In this document: positions 44,324-55,700 of the stretch, piece after piece | Numbering within the stretch: position 1 is the first letter of the stretch | Layout: each line of letters opens with the position of its first letter | Source of the DNA: Cytophagaceae bacterium | GTDB taxonomy: Bacteria > Bacteroidota > Bacteroidia > Cytophagales > Cytophagaceae | Direction of reading: 5' to 3' | DNA: 64,000 nucleotides | Assembly (NCBI GenBank): GCA_029237685.1 | Contig: JAQZBV010000002.1 | Span: forward strand, 3,423-67,422 | The notes under the pieces: generated by a model | What the model was told of the DNA's origin: nothing | Databases searched by the model: none | What the model saw: the letters and a program-made list of their open reading frames with translations, nothing else | Made by a program: the position numbers and the translations under genes

Positions 44324-46302
44324 TTCACTTTTAATACCTCCCAACCTTTTACCATACTCCCGCTGTAAAGCTTCAATAAAGGATCATAGAACAAAGTGTG
44401 GTACTTAATCGATATCACAATTTTTCCTGTGCCATCAATGGCTCCTGTATATTCATCATCCGTTACGAGAAAGATGCCGCCTGCACAGGCTTTGATCGCT
44501 TTATATTTAGGAGGAAAAATTTCTTTCCCGAAGGCATTGGCGAGGCCGTACAGGCCGGCTTTGTTTTGTATGATGTAGAAACCTTCTCCCGTGCGCTCGA
44601 TATGAAGCAGTGGATATTCAATGGTCAGTTTCCCTTTTGTATTAATCAAGTGGTATTCTTTGTTTTCTTTAAGGATGCCTGCCTCTCCATAAAAAGTGGC
44701 CGGCTCATCGTAGTAGGGTTGTAAAACCAACCGTTCATCCCGATCGATATAGCCCCATTTGCCGCGAAGTTTGACTGCGCAGATGCCATTTTTAAATAAT
44801 CCGGTGGCATCGTATTGCGTAGAAATTACGATTTGGTCTTCGTAATCACAAAAGCCAAGACCTCCTTTGTATTTTATTTTAACCAGACCTTCAGACGCAT
44901 CGATCATTCGCTCAAAGCGTTTGTGTGGCACACCCATCAACTGTCCGGAAGTAGTGTAAAGGTAATAGACTTTCTTTTTTTGAGCGATCAATAGTTGCTC
45001 ATCGGTACTTAATACAATACTGCTGTATTCACAAGGCAGTATCAAATTTCCATTATCATTCAAAATGCCATAACCGGTCTTAGATTTAATTCGGTAGTAG
45101 TTGTCAGATAAGATTTTTAATTCTTCGTATTCATGCATGCCTTTGATCCAGGACTTGCGGAAAGTGGTTCGATTCACTTTTAAAAAACCGGATTCATAAT
45201 AAGAACATTCGGAAGGCGTAATGATTTGTTCTTCGTATACATTGATGTAATACGAAATGCCATCCAATGTTACTTTAGCCAATCCATTTTTAAAGGGTTC
45301 TACTTTGCTGTAGCGGCAAGGTATTTTCAGTTCCCCTTTCGCATTCAGGTATCCCCAGAGGTCAATGTTGTTTTGTACGGCCCACATGCCTCCGGAAGAG
45401 TCGGCTATGTTTAAGTAAGAGTCTAATGTGAGTGGCTTTAGGTTCCAGGTATAAATTTTTCTTTCGCGGTATTTGAGTGTAGCGATAAAATAATTAGGAT
45501 AAGCTTTTACTTGTTCAAATTTTGGTTCAGTCAGGTAATTGCCATTCGCAGTAGCAACACCCCAATAGCCATGTTTTTGTACAAAATATAAACTATCGTG
45601 TGCATGCAGAATGTTTTCGAATTGAGCCGGACATAATTCCTTTGTTAAATTTCGAATTCCTTTTCTTCCTTGAATGGTGAAGCAAGCCGTTGTCTTGGTC
45701 ATCATGCGTAACGTATCCACATCGGTTGCACCGATGACCGAACCATTGTCCTGAATAACTTGCCAGCTTGCAAAGGGAAGCGCACGGTAGGATTTGTGGC
45801 TGATGTAATTGATTTGCTTGTAGACAGGAGGAATCAACTCTTTATTGTAAATTGAATATATTCCCCATCGCAAATCTTTTTGCAATAACAGATGTTTGTC
45901 TTTGTAGGTTAACCTGAAGTTGTCGTACATGTTTGGAAACAAAGTTTTTCCTTCGGTAGAAAGAAAGCCCCATTTTCCTTTTTCTGATTGTACAGGAAAA
46001 AGATGTTTGACTTGCGGGAGAATTTCCAGGTAAGAAAACGGAATAATGATTTTGTTTTTAGCATCGATGACTCCATATTTTTTATCCTTTCCTACAATGG
46101 CTTTACCATATTCGAAGTAATGGTAAACGCTATCAAATTGAGGTTTGATTTCCCATTTCCCTTTTTTGTTTTTAAAACCCCAAAGTGTCTTATTATTAGC
46201 GGTGGTTTTATCTGCATACAAACCTTCGTGCAACACGTCTTGAGCGTGCATCATAAAGGGCATTGAAAAAATGAGAAGGAAAATTTTGAGAGTATAGGAC
46301 AT
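44320..46302 (-). CDS. Secreted WG-repeat (KWG-type) protein
   Basis: Track ORF trimmed to ATG 46302 (MSYTLKIFLLIFSMPFMMHAQ signal). It has more than 10 repeats with a conserved aromatic-Gly core (KWGFLS, RWGIYS, YWGVAT, LWGYLN, KWGYID, LYGLAN). Confidence 0.8.
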   Translation of the reverse strand: MSYTLKIFLLIFSMPFMMHAQDVLHEGLYADKTTANNKTLWGFKNKKGKWEIKPQFDSVYHYFEYGKAIVGKDKKYGVIDAKNKIIIPFSYLEILPQVKHLFPVQSEKGKWGFLSTEGKTLFPNMYDNFRLTYKDKHLLLQKDLRWGIYSIYNKELIPPVYKQINYISHKSYRALPFASWQVIQDNGSVIGATDVDTLRMMTKTTACFTIQGRKGIRNLTKELCPAQFENILHAHDSLYFVQKHGYWGVATANGNYLTEPKFEQVKAYPNYFIATLKYRERKIYTWNLKPLTLDSYLNIADSSGGMWAVQNNIDLWGYLNAKGELKIPCRYSKVEPFKNGLAKVTLDGISYYINVYEEQIITPSECSYYESGFLKVNRTTFRKSWIKGMHEYEELKILSDNYYRIKSKTGYGILNDNGNLILPCEYSSIVLSTDEQLLIAQKKKVYYLYTTSGQLMGVPHKRFERMIDASEGLVKIKYKGGLGFCDYEDQIVISTQYDATGLFKNGICAVKLRGKWGYIDRDERLVLQPYYDEPATFYGEAGILKENKEYHLINTKGKLTIEYPLLHIERTGEGFYIIQNKAGLYGLANAFGKEIFPPKYKAIKACAGGIFLVTDDEYTGAIDGTGKIVISIKYHTLFYDPLLKLYSGSMVKGWEVLKVN

Positions 46303-46328
46303 TCTATTAATTCTTTCGACCTTTCTGG

Positions 46329-46412
46329 GTGTCAGGTCTTTCGACCTGACACTGATGGTCATTCGCAAATAGGTTTGAGTTTCATCCCATTGTCAGGTTG
46401 AAAGACCTGACA
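46329..46412. repeat. Two GTGTCAGG-word hairpins in the spacer between the two WG-repeat genes
   Basis: gtgtcaggtctttcgacctgacac (46329-46352) is identical to 39181-39204. The second hairpin is tgtcaggttgaaagacctgaca (46391-46412). Confidence 0.9.
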
Positions 46413-46443
46413 CCCAATAAAATTATGAGCAGAGGAATTTTAA

Positions 46444-47862
46444 TTACTTCTTCAACACATATACCTTGCTTTGAGGCAAGTATTGAACACTGGTGTAAGG
46501 ATCGTTAGAAATTCTGTATTCGGCATAGTTCATCAAAAACCATTTGCCGTCTTCTGTTTGTGTTAAACAAGATCCTCCGCCGAAATCCAATACTTGCAGG
46601 TATCGTGTACTGATGATTTCCCGTCCTTCTTTGCTGACTAAACCTGTTTTGCCTTTCAGTTGTACCAGGTAGTTGTTGCCTGCAGTGAGTGTGATGTTGT
46701 CATACCAATTGGTATTTAACAGTTTTCCATTCAGCCCTACGAAATTGTATTTTTTGCCTTGACGCACCCAGGTGCCTTCATCAATAAAATCTCCCACTTC
46801 ATCGTAGTAAGGTTGCACGATGATGTTTTCTCGATGATCCAAAAATCCCCATTTGCCTTTGTACTTGACGGCCAAACGGTTGTTGTGTTTGTAACGCAAA
46901 GCTTCGTAGGTGGCACCGATACCGATGTTCCCCAGTGTATCGCCGTAACCCCACATGTTGTTGCGACGGTATAAATACCAGTCATTCACCAATACAATAC
47001 TGTCGGCTTTCGAACGTGTTTTTATTTTTATTAAAGTACTGTCAAGCAAAGTACTCAAAGGAGAAGGATGTATAGCATCGGCCTCGTGCAAAGAATGTTC
47101 CTGTATACGGTAGAGATGAAAAGGTACTTTACTGTTGTTGCGGTATAAAATAATTTCATCCGCGTGAGCAGAGGATGTGATCGAGTCTGCAAGTAAAGGG
47201 ATAAGTTTGTTGGCTCCGTTGCGGTATATGTATGACGTATCGTAGTAGCCAGGATAGGTTTTATTATTATCGTTGGTGTACCATTCACGATAAGGACCTT
47301 GATTGATCTTCTGAGCCGTGCTGTCCAGACGGTGACAGAAACCTTCTGTATACAACGAAATGTATTTAGGTGTTGTAAGGATACTATCGTAAAGCAGAGG
47401 AGAAATAAAACCTTTGCCTGCTTTCCAAAGCTGAAAACCTCTGCCCGTGTCCACGGTATAATAAGTGCCGGCTATTACTCGGATGGAGCGATAAGAAAGA
47501 GGCAAGCTGTTTTTTTGTTGGAAAGAAATAAGACCAGCTTTCAACGGTGCTTTTTTACGTTGGGGAACGTATTGGAAAATTTCGGCCAGTCCGTTCGATA
47601 CATTTCCGATAGAATCCCAGAATGGTTTTACTATAAGTTTACCTGCGGCATCGGCAACGCCCCATTTGTAGGTAACTGGTAAGTTGCCCACTTGCAAAGG
47701 ACATTTAAAAACGATGGTTTTCTTTTGATCCAGATGCAAAGCAGAAATTTCTTGAAGCAGTAGGGCAGGTTCACAAGAACGGCAGCTTACTACAGACTGA
47801 GCAAAGCCTTGAATAGGATAGAGAAATGGGATAAGAAATATGAAGCGAATAAAAAAAGCCAT
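46444..47862 (-). CDS. Secreted WG-repeat (KWG-type) protein, paralogue of the downstream gene
   Basis: Track ORF trimmed to ATG 47862 (MAFFIRFIFLIPFLYPIQGFAQS), which removes the overlap with hemA. Repeats include YKWGVAD, MWGYGD, KWGFLD and KTGLVS. Confidence 0.8.
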   Translation of the reverse strand: MAFFIRFIFLIPFLYPIQGFAQSVVSCRSCEPALLLQEISALHLDQKKTIVFKCPLQVGNLPVTYKWGVADAAGKLIVKPFWDSIGNVSNGLAEIFQYVPQRKKAPLKAGLISFQQKNSLPLSYRSIRVIAGTYYTVDTGRGFQLWKAGKGFISPLLYDSILTTPKYISLYTEGFCHRLDSTAQKINQGPYREWYTNDNNKTYPGYYDTSYIYRNGANKLIPLLADSITSSAHADEIILYRNNSKVPFHLYRIQEHSLHEADAIHPSPLSTLLDSTLIKIKTRSKADSIVLVNDWYLYRRNNMWGYGDTLGNIGIGATYEALRYKHNNRLAVKYKGKWGFLDHRENIIVQPYYDEVGDFIDEGTWVRQGKKYNFVGLNGKLLNTNWYDNITLTAGNNYLVQLKGKTGLVSKEGREIISTRYLQVLDFGGGSCLTQTEDGKWFLMNYAEYRISNDPYTSVQYLPQSKVYVLKK

Positions 47863-47872
47863 ACCAGGCAGA

Positions 47873-49147
47873 TTATGCAGAGTGATCTTCAGTCTCTTTT
47901 TCGAGATTGAATAAATCATTCAATACATCGATCAATGTTTCCGCTTCACCGCGTTTACAAGCTGCTTTCAATTGAAGCACCGGTAACTTTATGATTTTTT
48001 GCATCATGTTGCGTGTGATTTCCTCAACACGCTTCGCTTCTTCGGTGTTCAATGATTTCAAATGCCTGGATACTTCTTCCTTGCGGATTTGCTCCAGTGC
48101 ATTCTTTAATTTTTGTATCGTAGGAGACACCACCATTTCTTTAGACCATTCTCTCAATTCTTCGACCGCAGTGTAAATAATGCTTTCTACCTGCGGTATA
48201 GAACGGTGTCTTTTTTCAATGGCTTCCTGAGAACGGTTTTGCAACGTATCGATGCCGTATAGAATCACACCCGGTATTTGTTCTACATCTGCTGCGATAG
48301 AACGCGGTACAGAAATGTCGACAAAATATTTATAGGTAATGACATTCAAATGTTCAAGGTCAGTTTTCTTGATCAAGGGTTCTGGCAGTGCGACAGAACT
48401 GATCACCAGGTCCGCTTTGGTAATACCGGATTGCAATTGATCAAAGGGAAGAAACTGGAATCCGCATTCCTCTGCCAATGCTTGCGCTTTGGCTTCTGTA
48501 CGGTTGGTAATGAATACATTTTTCAAAGGTGTATTCATCATGTTGCGTACGACGTCTGCGCCCATTTCTCCAACACCTACAATCAATACGTTCGGGTTGT
48601 TATAGTTTTCCAAAAGTTCTTCCGCCAATTCTACGGTAGCATAAGAAACCGAAGCCGCTCCGTCACGGAACTGTGTTTCCTGTACTACTTTTTTATTGGT
48701 AAAGAAAATGGTGTGCAATAAACGATGGATGAAAGGTCCTGCCATGTTTTGATCGGCAGACCATTGGTAAGCGTGCTTAACCTGGTTGGTAATCTGCGCG
48801 TCGCCTACTACTTGCGACTCCAGGCCGATGGCCACACGGAATAAGTGTACGATAGCGTCTTCGTGATCGTTGAACACTTCAAACAAAGGAATCATCAGTT
48901 CACTGTTGGCCAATCCTTTTTGCGACACCATCAGTTTGATGATGCCTTCAGAAAGATCCTCGGCTGCCGAATAATATATTTCCGTACGGTTACAGGTTGA
49001 CAAGACCAACAGTTCATGGGCATCGAATGCATCCTTTATGCGCAGCATAAGGTCTTTGCATTCCTGCTCATTCAAAGCCATTTGTTCCCGTATGGCTACA
49101 GGGGCTTTTTTATAAGATAAACTGATGAGTTTGAAATTCGAGATCAT
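47873..49147 (-). CDS. hemA: Glutamyl-tRNA reductase
   Basis: 424 aa with the active-site motif LSTCNRTEIY and the NADPH loop IVGVGEMG. Confidence 0.95.
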   Translation of the reverse strand: MISNFKLISLSYKKAPVAIREQMALNEQECKDLMLRIKDAFDAHELLVLSTCNRTEIYYSAAEDLSEGIIKLMVSQKGLANSELMIPLFEVFNDHEDAIVHLFRVAIGLESQVVGDAQITNQVKHAYQWSADQNMAGPFIHRLLHTIFFTNKKVVQETQFRDGAASVSYATVELAEELLENYNNPNVLIVGVGEMGADVVRNMMNTPLKNVFITNRTEAKAQALAEECGFQFLPFDQLQSGITKADLVISSVALPEPLIKKTDLEHLNVITYKYFVDISVPRSIAADVEQIPGVILYGIDTLQNRSQEAIEKRHRSIPQVESIIYTAVEELREWSKEMVVSPTIQKLKNALEQIRKEEVSRHLKSLNTEEAKRVEEITRNMMQKIIKLPVLQLKAACKRGEAETLIDVLNDLFNLEKETEDHSA

Positions 49148-49162
49148 GGGCTATTGTGACAC

Positions 49163-49170
49163 CAAAAATA
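49163..49170 (-). promoter_or_regulatory. Candidate -7 box TATTTTTG upstream of hemA
   Basis: The reverse complement of caaaaata matches TAnnTTTG, 16 nt before the ATG. No clear -33 element is present. Confidence 0.3.
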
Positions 49171-49245
49171 CAACCTAATCGTTAAATAATGGAATAAAAA
49201 GTAATAAATTCATCAATTTATAATGGTTTCAGTTTAGCAGGTATA

Positions 49246-50421
49246 ATGAACATTTACGAAAACAAGTCGGTTTGGAAGATCATTTTGGTGGTGTCAGCGT
49301 TGATTATAGCCCTGGGCTCCTTGTGGTATACCAACCGTTTGGTGAAGGTGCTGGCAGATGGGGAAAAACGTCAGATCGGCTTATACGCCAAAGGATTGCA
49401 GGCCATTACTGATTCGGAAACCGGAGGTAATATGACCTTCCTTTTTCGCGAAATCATCGCGGCGAACCATACCATTCCTGTCATACTGACAGACGATCAA
49501 AGCAACCCGATCAGCTTTAAAAACATCGACATCGACAGCACTTGGTCTGAAGGGAAAAAGGAGCTTTTCCTCAAAAAACAGATCGTAGAGATGGAAGAAG
49601 TTTATCCACGGATAGAAATCAGTTATTTGGGCGTAGTGACAAACTATATTTACTATAAGAATTCCTGGGTATTGGCTCAATTACAGTATTATCCTTTTCT
49701 GCAATTGTCGGTCATCGCCATTTTTATGCTGATCGCTTACCTGGCCTTTAGTTCCTCGCGTCGGGCGGAGCAAAATAGAGTATGGGTAGGTTTGGCCAAA
49801 GAAACCGCTCATCAACTGGGTACACCGCTTTCTTCTTTAATGGCCTGGACAGAAATTATCAAAAGCGATCCCCGTTTGCAAGGAGATCCTATGGGCGCTG
49901 AGCTGACGAAGGATGTGGACCGTTTGGAAACCATTACCGCTCGATTTTCCAACATTGGATCAAAGCCGGCATTGAAGGAGGAACGCATTGCGGCTGTCAT
50001 AGAAGGATTGATCGATTACCTGAGAAAGAGGATTTCTGCCAAAGTAAAAATTGAGGTCATCACCGACGACATTTTATTAAAATCAAACATCAATACCTCT
50101 TTGTTTGGCTGGGCGATTGAAAACCTGGTCAAAAATGCCGTAGATGCGATGGAAGGAGAAGGAGAACTATCGCTTACGATTCACGAGATTCATAAAAAAA
50201 TTGTCATTGACATCAAAGATAGCGGAAAGGGGATGAGCCGTTCAGAGTATAAACGGATTTTTAAACCGGGTTACACCACAAAATCCAGGGGTTGGGGCTT
50301 GGGATTAACCCTGGTGAAACGCATCATCGAAGAATACCACGGCGGTAAAATCTCCGTTTTGCATTCCGCACCCGGCAAAGGGACTACTTTTAGGATAGAA
50401 ATGGAAAATAGTGGTCAGTAA
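49246..50421 (+). CDS. Orphan two-TM sensor histidine kinase
   Basis: 391 aa with TM1 at aa ~10-30 and TM2 at aa ~150-170. H-box ETAHQLGTPLSSL, N-box LVKNAVDA, G-boxes DSGKGM and GWGLGL. No response regulator is adjacent. Confidence 0.85.
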   Translation: MNIYENKSVWKIILVVSALIIALGSLWYTNRLVKVLADGEKRQIGLYAKGLQAITDSETGGNMTFLFREIIAANHTIPVILTDDQSNPISFKNIDIDSTWSEGKKELFLKKQIVEMEEVYPRIEISYLGVVTNYIYYKNSWVLAQLQYYPFLQLSVIAIFMLIAYLAFSSSRRAEQNRVWVGLAKETAHQLGTPLSSLMAWTEIIKSDPRLQGDPMGAELTKDVDRLETITARFSNIGSKPALKEERIAAVIEGLIDYLRKRISAKVKIEVITDDILLKSNINTSLFGWAIENLVKNAVDAMEGEGELSLTIHEIHKKIVIDIKDSGKGMSRSEYKRIFKPGYTTKSRGWGLGLTLVKRIIEEYHGGKISVLHSAPGKGTTFRIEMENSGQ

Positions 50422-50575
50422 TCAGTGGCCAGTTGTCAGTGGCATTATGAGTTTTCCACATCTCGATTACAATAATAATTTTCATACCTCATTCAAGGTA
50501 ATTTTTAGTGGTAACGTTTTATCTAATAGTGTCTTATCGCTGAAAACTAACTGCTCACCACTGATCACTGACAAC
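50410..50575. repeat. Imperfect long-range inverted repeat of GTGGTCAGT-type words (left 50410-50443 overlapping the kinase stop; right 50551-50575)
   Basis: Left arm agtggtcagtaatcagtggccagttgtcagtggc, right arm ctgctcaccactgatcactgacaac. Pairing is partial. Confidence 0.6.
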
Positions 50576-50587
50576 TATTCTTATTTT

Positions 50588-50619
50588 TTTGGTTAACAAA
50601 GAATAATACCCTAACTTTG
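50588..50619 (+). promoter_or_regulatory. Candidate Bacteroidota promoter for atpD: TTTG (-33) at 50588-50591 and TAACTTTG (-7) at 50612-50619
   Basis: Both elements match the TTTG / TAnnTTTG consensus with 20-nt spacing, ~50 nt upstream of the atpD ATG. Confidence 0.5.
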
Positions 50620-50627
50620 CAGTCTGA

Positions 50628-52172
<1,545 letters not shown>

Positions 52173-52182
52173 GTTAATTATA

Positions 52183-52208
52183 GCACAAGGGTTATCCCTT
52201 GTGCTTTT
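52183..52208 (+). terminator. Terminator-like hairpin between atpD and atpC (9-bp GC-rich stem, 4-nt loop, TTTT)
   Basis: gcacaaggg ttat cccttgtgc tttt, 11 nt after the atpD stop and 22 nt before atpC. Confidence 0.55.
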
Positions 52209-52229
52209 ATCATTTTATAAAAGGGTAAC

Positions 52230-52481
52230 ATGTTACAGTTAGATATCTTAACACCCGATAAAAAAGTATACAGCGGAGAAGTGAAATGGGTCAATCTTCC
52301 CGGAGCTGCCGGAGCTTTTGAAGTGCATCAAAACCACGCCGCTATCATTTCTACTCTTGGAAAAGGAGATTTGAAATTGGTAGAAGCAAACAACATCGAA
52401 AAACATTTTTCTGTTGATGGTGGTGTAGTGGAAGTATTGAATAATAAAGTAGTGGTATTGGCGGAAGCGGTGACTGCTTAA
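52230..52481 (+). CDS. atpC: F1 ATP synthase epsilon subunit (short form, beta-sandwich only)
   Basis: 83 aa beginning MLQLDILTPDKKVYSGEV. It follows atpD directly. Confidence 0.9.
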   Translation: MLQLDILTPDKKVYSGEVKWVNLPGAAGAFEVHQNHAAIISTLGKGDLKLVEANNIEKHFSVDGGVVEVLNNKVVVLAEAVTA

Positions 52482-52505
52482 TTTATAACTTTTCAAATTG
52501 GATGA

Positions 52506-52535
52506 AATTACCGGTAACACCGGTAATTTTTTTTG
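52506..52535 (+). terminator. Intrinsic terminator after atpC
   Basis: aaattaccgg taaca ccggtaattt followed by a T-run. Confidence 0.85.
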
Positions 52536-52718
52536 CCTGCAAGTCCTATTTTAGTCGTTTTTAGGTTTTTGAAAAAAAAATCCTTTTTACGGAAGCGAAG
52601 TGTTTAAGGTTGCAGTCTTATAATTGAATTTTAATCTTTTTCATTTTTTGATAGATCTGTACGAGACTTATCAATAAGTGAACTCTACCAAGTAATTGTT
52701 TTTATAACTATTTTATCT

Positions 52719-55700
52719 ATGAACACGCTAAGAAAGTTTTTTCTTTTTGTGCTTGCGTTGTTAGTATGGGAATGCCAGACTTTATATGCGCAGGTTAATC
52801 CAGTCAATGTAAACGGTGTATCTGTTACCGTTTCTTCCAAACAAACAAATAGTATTAATCCTTCAAAGTTTGATTTAAATACCTGCGAAGAGAACTTTGT
52901 TCAGTTTGATTTTAACAATACAGGAAGTGCTGCAGTTGAGAATTTTGTCATTACTACCCAGCCGAATGCAGATGTATTGATGCTGTATAGTCAATTGACA
53001 GATCCTAATCTGCTGGTTGATGTCGCAAATAGAAGTGTTACGGTTGCAGCGCTACCCGTTGGTTTAAGCAGTCTGCATATTCCCATCAAGGCATCTTGTG
53101 AAAATTTCAAATCGACTACACACAGCTCTACTTCTACATTAACTTTTGATTATCAAAACGCATCTGTTGCACAATCACAGAGCATAGATTTTGTGATCAC
53201 ATCAGGGGTGCTTGGTTATGTGGCATCTGACGATACTCATCCTGGTGAAAATATCAGTTATACAGGGCATAAAGGAGATGTTTTTACCCGACGATATAAT
53301 TTCCAAATTACTGAGCATGCGTTTCATGGAATTCTTCACATGGAAGAAATTATTCCTGCTGCACCATCCGCCCAACTTCAGATTCAGTCGCTGGAATTAA
53401 GAATTAACGGACAAAGTAAGTGGATTGAAACTACTGGCCTTATCGATCCATTGACAAATAATTTGAGTAGAGATATTATCCTTGATAATGTTCCTTTAAA
53501 TGCAACGGTAGAAATTTTTGAAACTGTAAAAATAATCGGTTGTCCTGCGGGAACGGGCAAACTAACATTTACTTATGGTTGTGAAGCTTCTAGTTGCATT
53601 CCTTTGAGACAAATGGATCTGGCAACTAATCTTGGTGCTGAGAAGCCAAACTTAACGGTTACCGATATGAACCTGTATGATTTTGGTACTTGTTTAGCTT
53701 CTTCAGACAATATAGTACGAAGAAAATTCCGTGTGCAAAACACTGGAAATGCAAGAGCAAATAATGTGTATACTAGTTTGAGAGGTGGGGGATCCACTAT
53801 TTTCCCAGTCAATATTGTACCGCTTAGCTCAATCACAATTACGGGTAGTAATGCGCAAGTTCAGTCTGCGATAATTCATGATCCTGAATACTCAAGTACG
53901 CTCTCTGATAAACGAGGGTTTACCAGCAATGCTTCTGGTAGTGGCGTTTGTTTTCAGGATGATTTGATCATTTATGAGCAAGGGAGTATAAAAGTCCTGG
54001 CACTTGAACCTGGTGAATACATTGACATAGAATGGGAAGAGCGTACGTGTTGTGTCTCTAATGATAAGACCAACAATTATACATTGAATGCCTATGGTTT
54101 AATGGACACAAAATGTGATAACGAATGTGGTGGTTACTATGCTGCCCCATATTGGGTGAGTACAGATGATCATGCGAATATGACCGCAGCCAGCATGATT
54201 GAGTTGACCGGGATAAATAATATGTTTGGTTGCTTTACTTGTACTGGCGGCTGTGGTAGCAATCCTGCCGGAACTTGTGACGATTTAACATTAAACAATC
54301 CTTCGGCTTCGACAGATTACACCGAAACGCTGAAGTTTAAGAACAATGGGTTTAAATTATTTACTCCCAATGCATACGATTTTTTCCCAATTGACTATAA
54401 GAAGTTTAAGCTGGTAATAGATTTTGCGGTAGATGGGAAATTGCTTTTAGCTCCACAGTCTGCCTCGAATAGAGGTAATATAAGTTTGAAAGATGGTAAC
54501 GGCATGATATATCATCCGGTAAGTCAGACTGCTTTATCAAAAAACGAAATATTTACTCTGTTTGGAGCAACAGATATTCCACTAAATGCTACAGACGCTG
54601 GTGCGCGTGCAGTTTTTGAATTTGATCCGGAAGTGATATTTGGTATAGGAGCCAATGAATTTATTACAACTTATCAATCACATGATTTGCAAATAAGAAT
54701 GCAGTCGTTTATTAATTCCTTAGAAACCAGTTTTGAAGTTTCAGGAGTATGCAGCAGACCTGTTAATAGTGAGGGCTTATCCAATTATTTTGAAAGAATA
54801 TATTTGGTGCCTGATGGTGACGATTGTCCTGAATGTAAGTTGGCAATCGGAAGCTACTCTGATTATATCATTGTCAATTGTCCTGGCTGCGTGTTCCCTG
54901 GTGTACTGGTTAAAGGATATGAAGTAGAAAGAATAACTATAGGGGAGGTAGATGCAGACAACAATGGTTTACGTGATGCGGGTGGAGTGACAGCTACAGG
55001 TAGTCCTAATTTAAAAATGATGACGGACAATGACATTTTCAAGGCAACAACAGTGACCACATTGTGGTCGGGTACTACCAAAACATATGGTAGTGGTGCT
55101 AATACCGGTACATTAGAACAAGAGCCAGGTTTCTCTAGTAGATTTCTGACGAACTTCGCCAGATTAGATTTGATCGGACCTTATGGTAATTTTATTGATG
55201 TAGTTGTTTCCACTGATCATCCGATTGTCGTCAATTATACACAAGCTGGCACTTCTTATCATTTTGTTTTTAGTAACAACTCTGATAATATATGGACATC
55301 CAATGGCACTGGACATTTCTTATTTCAATTTCCGATTTCTTTGATCAGGCAAAAGCTGCAAACTGCTTATGGATTCAATGCTTCGCAAGCCGCACAGTTT
55401 AATTATGAAGCAGACGATCAAGCAGAAATAACTGCTTATTATAAAGTGAAACCAGATTTTGATTTGGGCAGTAAGTATTATGAATCAGTGGATGTTGCTA
55501 CACGATGTTTTTATTCAGACAGGTTTAAAGATATTACAATTATAGATGAAGCTGATCCCGCCAGTCCATACGGTATTTCAGGATCATTGAAGTCCACAGA
55601 AGTTTCATCGCTCAGGCCTTATCTAAATTATGTCTGCGAAGCTTATGGCTCGGGATTTATTTTAGCAGATCTAAAACAAACATTTTCTTTTTATGGTGCG

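Noticed and set aside
50411-50596. 61-aa plus-strand ORF after the histidine kinase
   Set aside because: It starts within the kinase stop region and the repeat arm, and runs through an AT-rich spacer ahead of the atpD promoter. It has no supporting features.
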